Shown in pieces: positions 55,080 through 63,341 of a stretch of 64,000 nucleotides of DNA. Position numbers and translations under genes: made by a program. The notes below the pieces were generated by a model. The model made no database searches. It saw nothing but the letters and a program-made list of their open reading frames with translations, and was not told the origin of the DNA. Location of the stretch: the NCBI GenBank assembly GCA_964442285.1, contig CAYTZH010000001.1:224118-288117 (forward strand), written 5' to 3'. The number at the start of each line of letters is the position of its first letter. The stretch's first letter is position 1. Origin of the DNA: an uncultured Spirochaetales bacterium. Its GTDB lineage: Bacteria > Myxococcota_A > UBA9160 > JAFDET01.

Positions 55080-56002
55080 TCGCCGCGCAGCGGCGCGAGG
55101 ATCTGCTCGCCGAAGCGCGCGAGGTTCTCCAGGTAGTCGGCGCGGCTGCGCCGCGGGACGTTGACCGTGCACCAGGTCACACCCAGGTCCGCCAGCGAGC
55201 GCACGCCCTCGATCACGCGTCCCGGCTCGAAGCCGTCGCGCGCGAACATCTCCAGGCCGAAGGGCACGAAGATCACGTCCAGGGGCCGGGTGCGTCCCAC
55301 CTTCGCGGCGTGCGCCCGGGCGTAGTCGATTCGCTCCGCGAGGGCCTCGGGGCTGTCGAGGGGGGCCGTGCGCACGCGGCGGGCCAGCCCGGCCGGCGCG
55401 GGGAAGGGAAGCCAGCCGTCGCCGCGCTCGACGGCCCGACGGATCGCCACCCGGCTGTTGCCGCCCACCCAGATCGGGGGATGGGGCAACTGGAGCGGGC
55501 GGGGCAGGCTCGTGTGGCCGTCGGCCCGGAAGTGGCGCCCGCCCAGCGACAGGCTCTCGCCGGTCCACACCCGCACCATGACGTCGAGGGCCTCGTCGGT
55601 GAGGGCGTTGCGCTCCTCGAAGGGAACGCCCAGGGCGGCGAACTCGGCCTCCAGGTAGCCGGCGGAGACGCCCAGCAGCGCGCGGCCGCCCGAGAGCACG
55701 TCCAGGCTCGCGACCGCCTTGGCCGTGAGGAAGGGGTTGCGATAGGGCGCGACCACCACGTGGGTCTGGAGGCGCAGGCGCCCGGTGGCCGCGGCCGCGA
55801 ACGAGAGCGCGACGAAGGGATCCAGGGTGTGATGACCGCCCGAAGCCAGCCAGGCATCGTCGGGGATGGGGTGGTCGGTGACGAAGACCGCGTCGAACCC
55901 GGCGGCCTCGGCCGCCCGGGCCATCTCGGCCACGGCGGCGCCGCTGCAGAACGCGTCGGGCGGATCGACCCGGTCGGTGGGGAGCTGAACCGAGAAGCGC
56001 AT
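55070..56002 (-). CDS. LLM-class F420-dependent-type oxidoreductase
   Basis: 310 aa with MRFSVQLP, FDAVFVTDH, SGGRALLGVSAGYLEAEF and PPIWVGGNS. Confidence 0.9.
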   Translation of the reverse strand: MRFSVQLPTDRVDPPDAFCSGAAVAEMARAAEAAGFDAVFVTDHPIPDDAWLASGGHHTLDPFVALSFAAAATGRLRLQTHVVVAPYRNPFLTAKAVASLDVLSGGRALLGVSAGYLEAEFAALGVPFEERNALTDEALDVMVRVWTGESLSLGGRHFRADGHTSLPRPLQLPHPPIWVGGNSRVAIRRAVERGDGWLPFPAPAGLARRVRTAPLDSPEALAERIDYARAHAAKVGRTRPLDVIFVPFGLEMFARDGFEPGRVIEGVRSLADLGVTWCTVNVPRRSRADYLENLARFGEQILAPLRGDHR

Positions 56003-56021
56003 CGCCTCCTATGCTACCCGT

Positions 56022-56038
56022 TCTGACGCTTCGTCAGA
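56022..56038. promoter_or_regulatory. 7+7 inverted repeat TCTGACG-CTT-CGTCAGA (candidate operator)
   Basis: Read directly from the sequence. It lies in the 78-bp divergent gap between the LLM gene (-) and the ACAD pair (+). Confidence 0.4.
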
Positions 56039-56080
56039 TGCCGACGGGACGCTGCGGAGCCGGCGCCGACAGAGGAGTGA

Positions 56081-57283
56081 GTGGTGGACCTGCGGTATTC
56101 GCGAGAGGACGAGGCGTTCCGAACCGAGCTGCGCGCCTGGCTGGCGGCCGAGGTGCCGGCCCACGGACCGCCGCCGCCCCGTCAGAACGACTGGAAGGCG
56201 CGCCGCGCCTACGACACGGGCTGGCAGCGGAAGCTCTTCGACGCGGGCTACGCGGGCATCAACTGGCCCCGGGCGTATGGCGGCCGCGACCTCTCCCTCT
56301 CCCAGCAGCTGATCTACTTCGAGGAGATCGCCCGGGCCCGCGCGCCCTACGTGGGCGTGAACTTCGTGGGGCTCCTCCACGGCGGGCCCACCGTCGTGGC
56401 CGAGGGCACCCCGGAGCAGAAGGCCGCCCACCTGCCGCGCATCCTGCGGGGCGAGGAGGTCTGGTGCCAGGGCTTCTCGGAGCCGGGCGCGGGCTCGGAT
56501 CTGGCCTCCCTCGGCACCCGCGCGGTGCGCGACGGCGACCACTACGTGGTGTCGGGTCACAAGATCTGGACCTCCTTCGCCCAGGTGGCGGACTTCTGCG
56601 AGCTGCTCGTGCGCACGGACCCCGAGGCCCCGAAGCACAAGGGCATCAGCTGGCTGATCATGCCCATGGACCTCGAGGGCGTCGACATCCGCCCCCTGCC
56701 GACGCTGATGGGCGAGAGCGACTTCAGCGAGGTCTTCCTGAACGAGGTGCGCGTGCCCGTGGAGAACCGGGTGGGCGCCGAGAACGACGGCTGGCGGGTG
56801 ACGAACGTGACGCTCCGCTTCGAGCGGGGCACCGCCTTCGCCAGCGAGATGTTCAACATCCAGGAGTTCGCCAAGGAGCTGGTGCGGGTGGCCCGTCGGG
56901 TGACCCGGGGCGACGCCGCCGCCTGGGACGACCGGGCCCTGCGCCGGGAGATCGGCCACGCCGTGGCCGAGGCGGATGCGCTCTGGGCGCTGGTGAAGCT
57001 CTCGGTCTCCAATGCGGGCAAGACGGGCGTACCGGGCCTCGAGGCGTCGGCGATCAAGCTCCACTACAGCGAGCTCAACCAGCGCCTGGGCGAGCTCGGC
57101 ATGCGCCTGCTCGGTCGGGCCGGTCTCTCCCGGGACGACGTGGACGGCCTCCCGAGCCGCATGGTCCTCGGCAAGGCCATGCAGTCGCTCTCGCTCACCA
57201 TCGCGGCGGGGACGTCGCAGGTGCAGCGCAACATCATCTCGGAGCGGATCCTGGGGCTGCCGAAGGAGCCGCGCCCGGCGTAG
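56081..57283 (+). CDS. acyl-CoA dehydrogenase (long subunit of the second adjacent pair)
   Basis: 400 aa. Motifs seen: WPRAYGGRD, GTPEQKAAHLPRI, WCQGFSEPGAGSDLASL, GHKIWTSFA and a C-terminal AGTSQVQRNIISERILGLP. Confidence 0.9.
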   Translation: MVDLRYSREDEAFRTELRAWLAAEVPAHGPPPPRQNDWKARRAYDTGWQRKLFDAGYAGINWPRAYGGRDLSLSQQLIYFEEIARARAPYVGVNFVGLLHGGPTVVAEGTPEQKAAHLPRILRGEEVWCQGFSEPGAGSDLASLGTRAVRDGDHYVVSGHKIWTSFAQVADFCELLVRTDPEAPKHKGISWLIMPMDLEGVDIRPLPTLMGESDFSEVFLNEVRVPVENRVGAENDGWRVTNVTLRFERGTAFASEMFNIQEFAKELVRVARRVTRGDAAAWDDRALRREIGHAVAEADALWALVKLSVSNAGKTGVPGLEASAIKLHYSELNQRLGELGMRLLGRAGLSRDDVDGLPSRMVLGKAMQSLSLTIAAGTSQVQRNIISERILGLPKEPRPA

Positions 57284-57305
57284 CCGGGGTCGGCAGGAGA
57301 CCAGC

Positions 57306-58292
57306 ATGGACTTCCGCGTCACCGAGGATCAGCAGGCGCTCCAGGAGGGCGTTCGCAGCTTCTGCGAGAACCGCGTGTCTCTCGAGCGGATCGCCGAGCG
57401 GGCGGCCGCCGCCGGCCGCCTCGACCGCGGCCTCTGGGCCGAGCTGGCGGAGATGGGCGTGTTCGGGCTGCGCCTGCCCGAGGAGGCCGGCGGGGTGGGA
57501 CTCGGGACCGCCGACGCGGCGCTCGTCTTCGAGGAGCTGGGGCGTCGCCTGGTGCCGGGCCCCCTCGTCTGGACCCACCTCGCGGCCGGCCACGTGAAGG
57601 GCGCCGCCGAGGGCACCGCCGTGGTGGGCGGCCTCGATCTCCGGGGCGGCACCGGGGGCCCCTTGCTGGTGGAGCACCTGGCCGACCTCGACGTCCTGCT
57701 GGTGCTCGAGGCCGACGGCGTGCGGAGCCTGGACCCGAAGTCCCTGGAGGCGACCCCCGTCGAGACGCCCCTCGACCCCCTGACCCCGCTCCACCGGGTG
57801 GCGGCACTGCCCGAGGGCGATCGCCTGGGCGACGCCGACCTCGCCGAGCGCCTGTGGCACGAGGGCGGTGCGCTCAGCTCCGCGCTGCTGCTCGGCATCG
57901 CCCAGGAGACCACGCGTCTGGCGGTGGCGTACGCCAAGGGCCGGGAGCAGTTCGGCCGCCCCATCGGCTCCTTCCAGGCCCTGAAGCACATCATGGCCGA
58001 CATGTTCGTGCGACAGGAGGTGGCCCGCGCCGCGGTCTACGCGGCCGGCGTGACCCTCGACGACCCGGCGGTCGGCGACGCAGCCCGGGCCGTGGCCAGC
58101 GCCAAGATCAGCGCCGGCGAGGCGGCCATGAAGAACAGTCGGGCGTGCGTCCAGGTGTACGGTGGCATGGGATACACCTGGGAGATGCCGCCTCACTACT
58201 ACCTGAAGCGGACCTGGGTGCTGGACAAGGGCTTCGGCGAGGGCGAGGAGCACGCCGAGCGCGTTGCGGAGCAGGTGGCCGCCGCCCTCTGA
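57306..58292 (+). CDS. acyl-CoA dehydrogenase family protein (short subunit of the pair)
   Basis: 328 aa from the in-frame ATG 57306. Motifs seen: FGRPIGSFQALKHIMADM and VYGGMGYTWEMPPHYYLKR. Confidence 0.9.
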   Translation: MDFRVTEDQQALQEGVRSFCENRVSLERIAERAAAAGRLDRGLWAELAEMGVFGLRLPEEAGGVGLGTADAALVFEELGRRLVPGPLVWTHLAAGHVKGAAEGTAVVGGLDLRGGTGGPLLVEHLADLDVLLVLEADGVRSLDPKSLEATPVETPLDPLTPLHRVAALPEGDRLGDADLAERLWHEGGALSSALLLGIAQETTRLAVAYAKGREQFGRPIGSFQALKHIMADMFVRQEVARAAVYAAGVTLDDPAVGDAARAVASAKISAGEAAMKNSRACVQVYGGMGYTWEMPPHYYLKRTWVLDKGFGEGEEHAERVAEQVAAAL

Positions 58293-58331
58293 ATCCGATA
58301 CGGTCCGTTCCGAAATTCGGGAGAGCGATCC

Positions 58332-59219
58332 ATGGGCATTCTCGACGGCAAGGCCGCGGTGGTCACCGGCGGCGGGCGCGGCATCGGACGCGGTCACTGC
58401 CTGCATCTGGCGGAGCAGGGCGCCGCGGTGGTCGTGAACGACATCGATCTCGAGGAGGCGAAGAAGGTCGCCGCCGAGATTGCGGAGCAGGGCGGCAAGG
58501 CGGTCGCCAACGACAGCAACATCGCCTCCCGCGAGGGCGCCCGCGCCCTGGTGCAGCAGTGCGTCGACGAGTTCGGGGCCATCCACGCCGCCGTCAACAA
58601 CGCCGGCAACGTGAAGGACCGCTCCTTCCTCAAGATGAGCGACGAGGAGTTCGACGCGGTCCTGCAGGTGCACGTCTACGGCACCTTCCGGGTGAGCCAG
58701 GAGGCGGCCCAGCGCATGCGGGACCAGGGCAGCGGCGGCTGCGTGATCAACACCGTCTCGGCGGCCCACTACGGCAACTTCGGCCAGACGAACTACGCCG
58801 CCTCCAAGGGCGCCATCGCCTCCATGACCTACACCTGGGCCCTGGAGCTCTCGCGCTACGGCATCCGCGTGAACGCCATCAGCCCCTCGGGCACCACCCG
58901 CATGTCGGCCACCGCCCGGATCGGCGGCAAGACCGTGGAGCTGCCCTTCATCGATCCCAACCAGAACGGCGCCTTCGTGGCCTGGCTGTGCAGCGACGAG
59001 GCCAACTGGGTCACGGGCCAGCTCTTCGGCTCGGGGGCCGACCGGGTGCAGATCGTGGAGCAGCCGAAGTACGGCACCGCCCTCTACCTGCCCGGCGGCC
59101 TCCGCGTGGAGGGCGTGTCCGCGCATTTCAAGAAGGTCTTCGACAAGCGGCTCGAGAACGTCGGGCTGATGAAGAATCCCTACCCGTTCTACGACGGGGT
59201 CGAGCCGCCGAGCGAGTAG
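58332..59219 (+). CDS. SDR family oxidoreductase (hydroxyacyl-CoA dehydrogenase / MFE-2-like)
   Basis: 295 aa with TGGGRGIGRG, NNAG and YAASK. Confidence 0.9.
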   Translation: MGILDGKAAVVTGGGRGIGRGHCLHLAEQGAAVVVNDIDLEEAKKVAAEIAEQGGKAVANDSNIASREGARALVQQCVDEFGAIHAAVNNAGNVKDRSFLKMSDEEFDAVLQVHVYGTFRVSQEAAQRMRDQGSGGCVINTVSAAHYGNFGQTNYAASKGAIASMTYTWALELSRYGIRVNAISPSGTTRMSATARIGGKTVELPFIDPNQNGAFVAWLCSDEANWVTGQLFGSGADRVQIVEQPKYGTALYLPGGLRVEGVSAHFKKVFDKRLENVGLMKNPYPFYDGVEPPSE

Positions 59220-59237
59220 TCGCCCCGGGAGTCTGCG

Positions 59238-60044
59238 ATGGCCTTCGAGACCCTTCTGCTCGAGCGCCGGGACGGGGTGGCCACGCTCACCCTGAACCGG
59301 CCCGATCGCCACAACGCCTTCAACCTGAAGATGGCGCAGGAGCTGCGCGAGGCCTGGGCGGCGCTCACGGTCGACCCGGAGGTGGTGTGCGTGGTGGTCA
59401 CGGGCGCCGGCGACCGCGCCTTCTGCACCGGCATGGACGTGGCCGACGTGGCCTCCGGCGAGTCGCGCGGCAGCGGCACCGTCTCGCGCGAGGACGCGCC
59501 GTGGTCCCACCTCACCGCGCTCCAGAACCGCTGCTGGAAGCCGGTGATCACGGCGGTCAACGGCATGGTCTGCGGCGGCGGCCTCCACTTCATCGCCGAC
59601 AGCGACCTGATCGTCTGCTCCGAGACGGCCACCTTCTTCGACACCCACGTGAAGGTCGGGCTCATCGCCGGTCTCGAGCCCGTGGGTCTGGCGCGGCGCA
59701 TTCCCCTGGAGGCCGTGCTGCGCATGGCGTTCCTCGGCGGGAGCGAGCGCCTCGGCGCCGAGGAGGCCCGGGCGCTCGGCCTGGTGGGCGAGGTGCTGCC
59801 GTCCGACCGCGTGCTGCCGCGGGCCCAGGAGCTGGCCTCCAAGATCGCCGAGCACTCGCCCACGGCCCTGGCCCGGAGCAAGCAGGCCATCTGGGAGAGC
59901 CTCGACACGGGCCTGGACGAGGGCCTCGAGAAGGCCTGGAAGCTCATCCACGACCACGTGTCCCATCCCGACCTCGACGAGGGGAGCCGGGCCTTCGTGG
60001 AGAAGCGCCGCCCCCGCTGGGCGCCGTTCACGGGCCGGGGATGA
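59238..60044 (+). CDS. enoyl-CoA hydratase/isomerase family protein
   Basis: 268 aa with LNRPDRHNAF, VVTGAGDRAFCTGMD and AVNGMVCGGG. Confidence 0.9.
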   Translation: MAFETLLLERRDGVATLTLNRPDRHNAFNLKMAQELREAWAALTVDPEVVCVVVTGAGDRAFCTGMDVADVASGESRGSGTVSREDAPWSHLTALQNRCWKPVITAVNGMVCGGGLHFIADSDLIVCSETATFFDTHVKVGLIAGLEPVGLARRIPLEAVLRMAFLGGSERLGAEEARALGLVGEVLPSDRVLPRAQELASKIAEHSPTALARSKQAIWESLDTGLDEGLEKAWKLIHDHVSHPDLDEGSRAFVEKRRPRWAPFTGRG

Positions 60045-60772
60045 GCGAGCCGAGCGTCCTCTACGACGTCACCGACGGCCTGGCGACGATCACCCTGAAC
60101 CGCCCGGAGAAGCTCAACGCCTACACGCCCCAGATGGGCGACGAGGCCTACGCCGCGTTCGGCCGGGCCCGGGACGACGCGGGCGTCCGGGCCCTCGTGC
60201 TCACCGGGGCGGGCCGCGGCTTCTGCGCCGGGGTGGACCTGGAGGCGTTGAGGTCCCACCAGCGCCAGGGCGGCGGCACGCGCCTGGGGGAGGAGCCCTT
60301 CCTGAAGCGGCTGCCCCTGGAGCTGCTGGACTTCCCCAAGCCGGTCATCGCCGCCTGGAACGGCGCGGCCATCGGCGTGGGCGTCACCATGGCGCTTCCC
60401 TGCGACATCCGCCTGGCGGCAGCCGGGGCGAAGATCGGCGTCACCTTCACCGCCCTGGGCATCCTTCCGGGTCTCGGGTCCACCCACCTGCTGCCGCGCC
60501 TGGTCGGTCGGGCCAAGGCCCTGGAGCTGGTGCTCACGGCCCGGGTGATCCGGGCCGAGGAGGCGGCGGAGATCGGTCTCGTGAACCGGGTCGTGGCGGG
60601 GGAGGACCTGCGGGCGGAGGCCCGCGCCATGGCCGCCCAGATGGCGGAGAAGGACCCGGCCGTGCTGGCCGCCGCCAAGGCGGCCCTCACCTACGGCGAG
60701 ACCGCCAGCATGGCCGAGGCCATGGCCAGGGAGGCCGAGCTCGGTCAGAAGCTGCGCAGCGGACGCGCCTGA
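60041..60772 (+). CDS. enoyl-CoA hydratase/isomerase family protein
   Basis: 243 aa. The ATG overlaps the upstream stop (ATGA). Motifs seen: LNRPEKLNAY, LTGAGRGFCAGVDL, AAWNGAAIGVG. Confidence 0.9.
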   Translation: MSEPSVLYDVTDGLATITLNRPEKLNAYTPQMGDEAYAAFGRARDDAGVRALVLTGAGRGFCAGVDLEALRSHQRQGGGTRLGEEPFLKRLPLELLDFPKPVIAAWNGAAIGVGVTMALPCDIRLAAAGAKIGVTFTALGILPGLGSTHLLPRLVGRAKALELVLTARVIRAEEAAEIGLVNRVVAGEDLRAEARAMAAQMAEKDPAVLAAAKAALTYGETASMAEAMAREAELGQKLRSGRA

Positions 60773-63150
60773 CCCTCCCCGGCCAGCATCTCGCGCACCC
60801 GGGTCAGCAGCTCCCCCGGCCGGTAGGGCTTCTGGATGAACGCGGTCGGCCCCGACGGGTCCGAGCTCGTGTCGAAGTCCTCGGCGCTGAAGCCGCTGGT
60901 GAGCAGTGCGGGAACGTCGGGTCGCACCCGGCGCAGCTCGGCCAGGGTCTCCTCGCCGGACAGCTCGGGCATGGTCATGTCGAGCACCACCAGAGCGATC
61001 TCGTCGGCGTGCGCTTCGAAGGTCTCCACCGCCTCGCGTCCGTCGGCGGCGGTCTGGACGTTCAGACCCGCCGCCTCGAGGCTCTTGCGGACGAGGTTGC
61101 GGACGATCTCCTCGTCGTCGACCACCAGGACGGTGCCCTCGCCCTGCCAGGCGCCGCCGGCCGACCGTACCCGCTCCGCGGCCGCCGCACGGGTCTCGGC
61201 CGCCGGGAAGGCGACGGTGAGCGCGGAGCCGCGTCCCGACTCGGTCTGCACCTGGATGGCGCCGTCGTGACCCCGCACGATGCCCAGCACGGCGGCCATG
61301 CCGAGCCCGCGCCCGGTGAACTTGGTGGTGAAGAACGGATCGAAGAGGCGCTCCCGCACGGAGGGACTCATGCCGGCTCCGGTGTCGGCCACCTGGACGT
61401 AGACCGCCCGGCCCGGCCCCGGCTCGCCCAGCCAGCCGGGTCCCTCGGGCGGGAAGTCCAGCGTGCCGGTCGAGATCACGATCTCGCCGGCGGTGTCGCC
61501 CAGGGCGTCCGAGGCATTCGTGATCAGGTTCATGACCACCTGGGTGATCTGGGAGGGATCGGCCGTGATGGGCGGCACTGTCTGGGCGAGCCGCAGCCGG
61601 AGGCTCGCCTTCTTCGAGATCGACACCTCCAGGAGCTGGGCCAGCTCGGCCACCAGCCGGTTCACGTCGACCGGCTCCGTGACGAACTTCCCGTGCCCCG
61701 AATAGGCCAGCAGCTGGCGACACAGCTCGGAGGCGCGCTGGGCCGCCTGCTCGATGTCGGCCAGGTGCGAGCGGGCCGGCGAAGGCTCGCCGAGCTCCGC
61801 CTGCGCCAGGCCGGCGTTGCCCAGGATGGCCAGCAGCAGGTTGTTGAAGTCGTGGGCGATCCCGCCGGCCAGCACGCCGAGGCTCTCCAGCTTCTGGGCG
61901 TGCTGGACCTTGGCCTCGAGTCGCCGGCGCTCCTCTTGGGCCCGCAGACGCTCGGTGATGTCGGTGGAGATGCCGCCCACCGCGTAGACGGCGCCGCTCT
62001 CGTCGGCGATCGGAAACTTGATGGACAGGTTGGTCCGCGATGGCCCGCAGCCGTCCACCTGCTCCTCGAACTGGATCGGCCGGCCCTCGTCGAGCACCTG
62101 GCGGTCGTTGCGGGTGAAACGCTCGGCGACCGCTCGGGGATAGAGGTCCGCATCGGTCTTGCCGAGGATGGCCTCGATCGAGACGCCCAGGCGCTTCGCC
62201 TGGCGCTCGTTGGTGACGAGGTAGCGGCCTGCCCGGTCCTTCACGTAGATGACCGCGCCCGAGTGGTCGACGATGCTGCGCAGCAGGCGCTCGCTCCGCC
62301 GCAGGGCCGCCTCCATCCGATGGCGCTCGGTGACGTCGTTGACGGCGATCTGCACCGCAGATCCGTTGTCATGGTCCACGAGCACAGCCGTGGTCTCGAT
62401 CCAGCGTTCGCTGCCGTCCGGGCGTCGAAAGCGGAACAGGTAATGCTTGCCGTACTCGTCCCCACGAGCGGCGGCGAGGGTGGCTGCGCGGATGTGGTCC
62501 CGGTCCTCGGGATGCACCATGTCGAAGATTTCTTCGCTGGAGAGGGCGCGGAGGGCGGGCAGCTCGAGGCCGATGATCTCGGACAGAGCCCGGTTGGCGA
62601 AGGTGATCCGCAGGTCCTGGAGGATGGCGTGGCCCTGGAGGGAGTGGTCGACCAGGCTGCGGTAGGCCTCCAGCGTTCGACGCTGCTCCGTGACGTCGGT
62701 GTAGACGGCCTGTATCGCGGCCTCGCCGCCGTATTGCAGGTGGCGGGTGCGCACGAAGGCCCAGCGCTGCGTGCCGTCGGGGCGTTGGAAGCGGAAGGGG
62801 GCGCCTTCCTCCACGGGCTCGCCGCCCAGCTGACGCTGGAGGCGCTCCCAGATCTCGTCGCGGTCCGCCGCATCCACGACGTCGCGGATTGCGTCCGGCG
62901 AGAGCGCCAGGAGCTGCTCGCGGGTGTAGCCCGAGAGGGCGCACAGGGCCGGGTTGGCGAAGGCCACCCGGCCCCGGGTCAGGATGGCGATGGGGAGCAC
63001 GGACTCCTCGAGCAGCTGCTCGAGGGCGGCCTCGGACTGGCTGCGGGTGGCCCGCTCGAGCTCCTCCTCGAGGCGGGCGCAGCGTTCGCGGAGCGCGCGG
63101 TTCTCGCGCTCGACGCCGTCGAGCTCCGACGTGGTGGGGCACCTGGCCAC
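60745..63150 (-). CDS. hybrid sensor histidine kinase (coiled coil, multiple PAS, HisKA-HATPase, C-terminal receiver)
   Basis: The H-box is GGIAHDFNNLL. The ATPase has DTGAGM and GRGLGMA. The receiver has VLVVDDEE...LDMTMPELSG. At least three PAS-like repeats are present. GTG 63150 is preferred because AAGAGGA lies 6 nt upstream; the alternative is ATG 63168. Confidence 0.85.
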   Translation of the reverse strand: MARCPTTSELDGVERENRALRERCARLEEELERATRSQSEAALEQLLEESVLPIAILTRGRVAFANPALCALSGYTREQLLALSPDAIRDVVDAADRDEIWERLQRQLGGEPVEEGAPFRFQRPDGTQRWAFVRTRHLQYGGEAAIQAVYTDVTEQRRTLEAYRSLVDHSLQGHAILQDLRITFANRALSEIIGLELPALRALSSEEIFDMVHPEDRDHIRAATLAAARGDEYGKHYLFRFRRPDGSERWIETTAVLVDHDNGSAVQIAVNDVTERHRMEAALRRSERLLRSIVDHSGAVIYVKDRAGRYLVTNERQAKRLGVSIEAILGKTDADLYPRAVAERFTRNDRQVLDEGRPIQFEEQVDGCGPSRTNLSIKFPIADESGAVYAVGGISTDITERLRAQEERRRLEAKVQHAQKLESLGVLAGGIAHDFNNLLLAILGNAGLAQAELGEPSPARSHLADIEQAAQRASELCRQLLAYSGHGKFVTEPVDVNRLVAELAQLLEVSISKKASLRLRLAQTVPPITADPSQITQVVMNLITNASDALGDTAGEIVISTGTLDFPPEGPGWLGEPGPGRAVYVQVADTGAGMSPSVRERLFDPFFTTKFTGRGLGMAAVLGIVRGHDGAIQVQTESGRGSALTVAFPAAETRAAAAERVRSAGGAWQGEGTVLVVDDEEIVRNLVRKSLEAAGLNVQTAADGREAVETFEAHADEIALVVLDMTMPELSGEETLAELRRVRPDVPALLTSGFSAEDFDTSSDPSGPTAFIQKPYRPGELLTRVREMLAGEGQARPLRSF

Positions 63151-63293
63151 GTCCGTTCCTCTTACCATCCGGGCCGAAGCCCGGGTAGGGGGGCCACGGC
63201 CCTCGGAGCAAAGGATTCGACCCACACGGGGTTTTCCCGGAGGCGGACCCGGGGTCCGGAAGGTCCCCTTGGGGGGCGCCTTCGGGGATTTTC

Positions 63294-63313
63294 TATACGC
63301 GACGTATCGTATA
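63294..63313. promoter_or_regulatory. AT-rich imperfect palindrome TATACG-CGACGTAT-CGTATA in a putative promoter
   Basis: It has 6-bp perfect arms and an ACGT centre. It sits inside the only AT-rich stretch (about 63288-63320, ending TATATATTC) upstream of the ACAD gene at 63342. Confidence 0.4.
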
Positions 63314-63341
63314 TATTCTCCGAAACCCGAGGAGGATCGCG

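Noticed and set aside
63151-63168. ATG 63168 as the start of the sensor kinase
   Set aside because: No ribosome-binding site precedes it, because a GC hairpin abuts it. GTG 63150 has AAGAGGA 6 nt upstream. The difference is only 6 codons, so this is unresolved without data.
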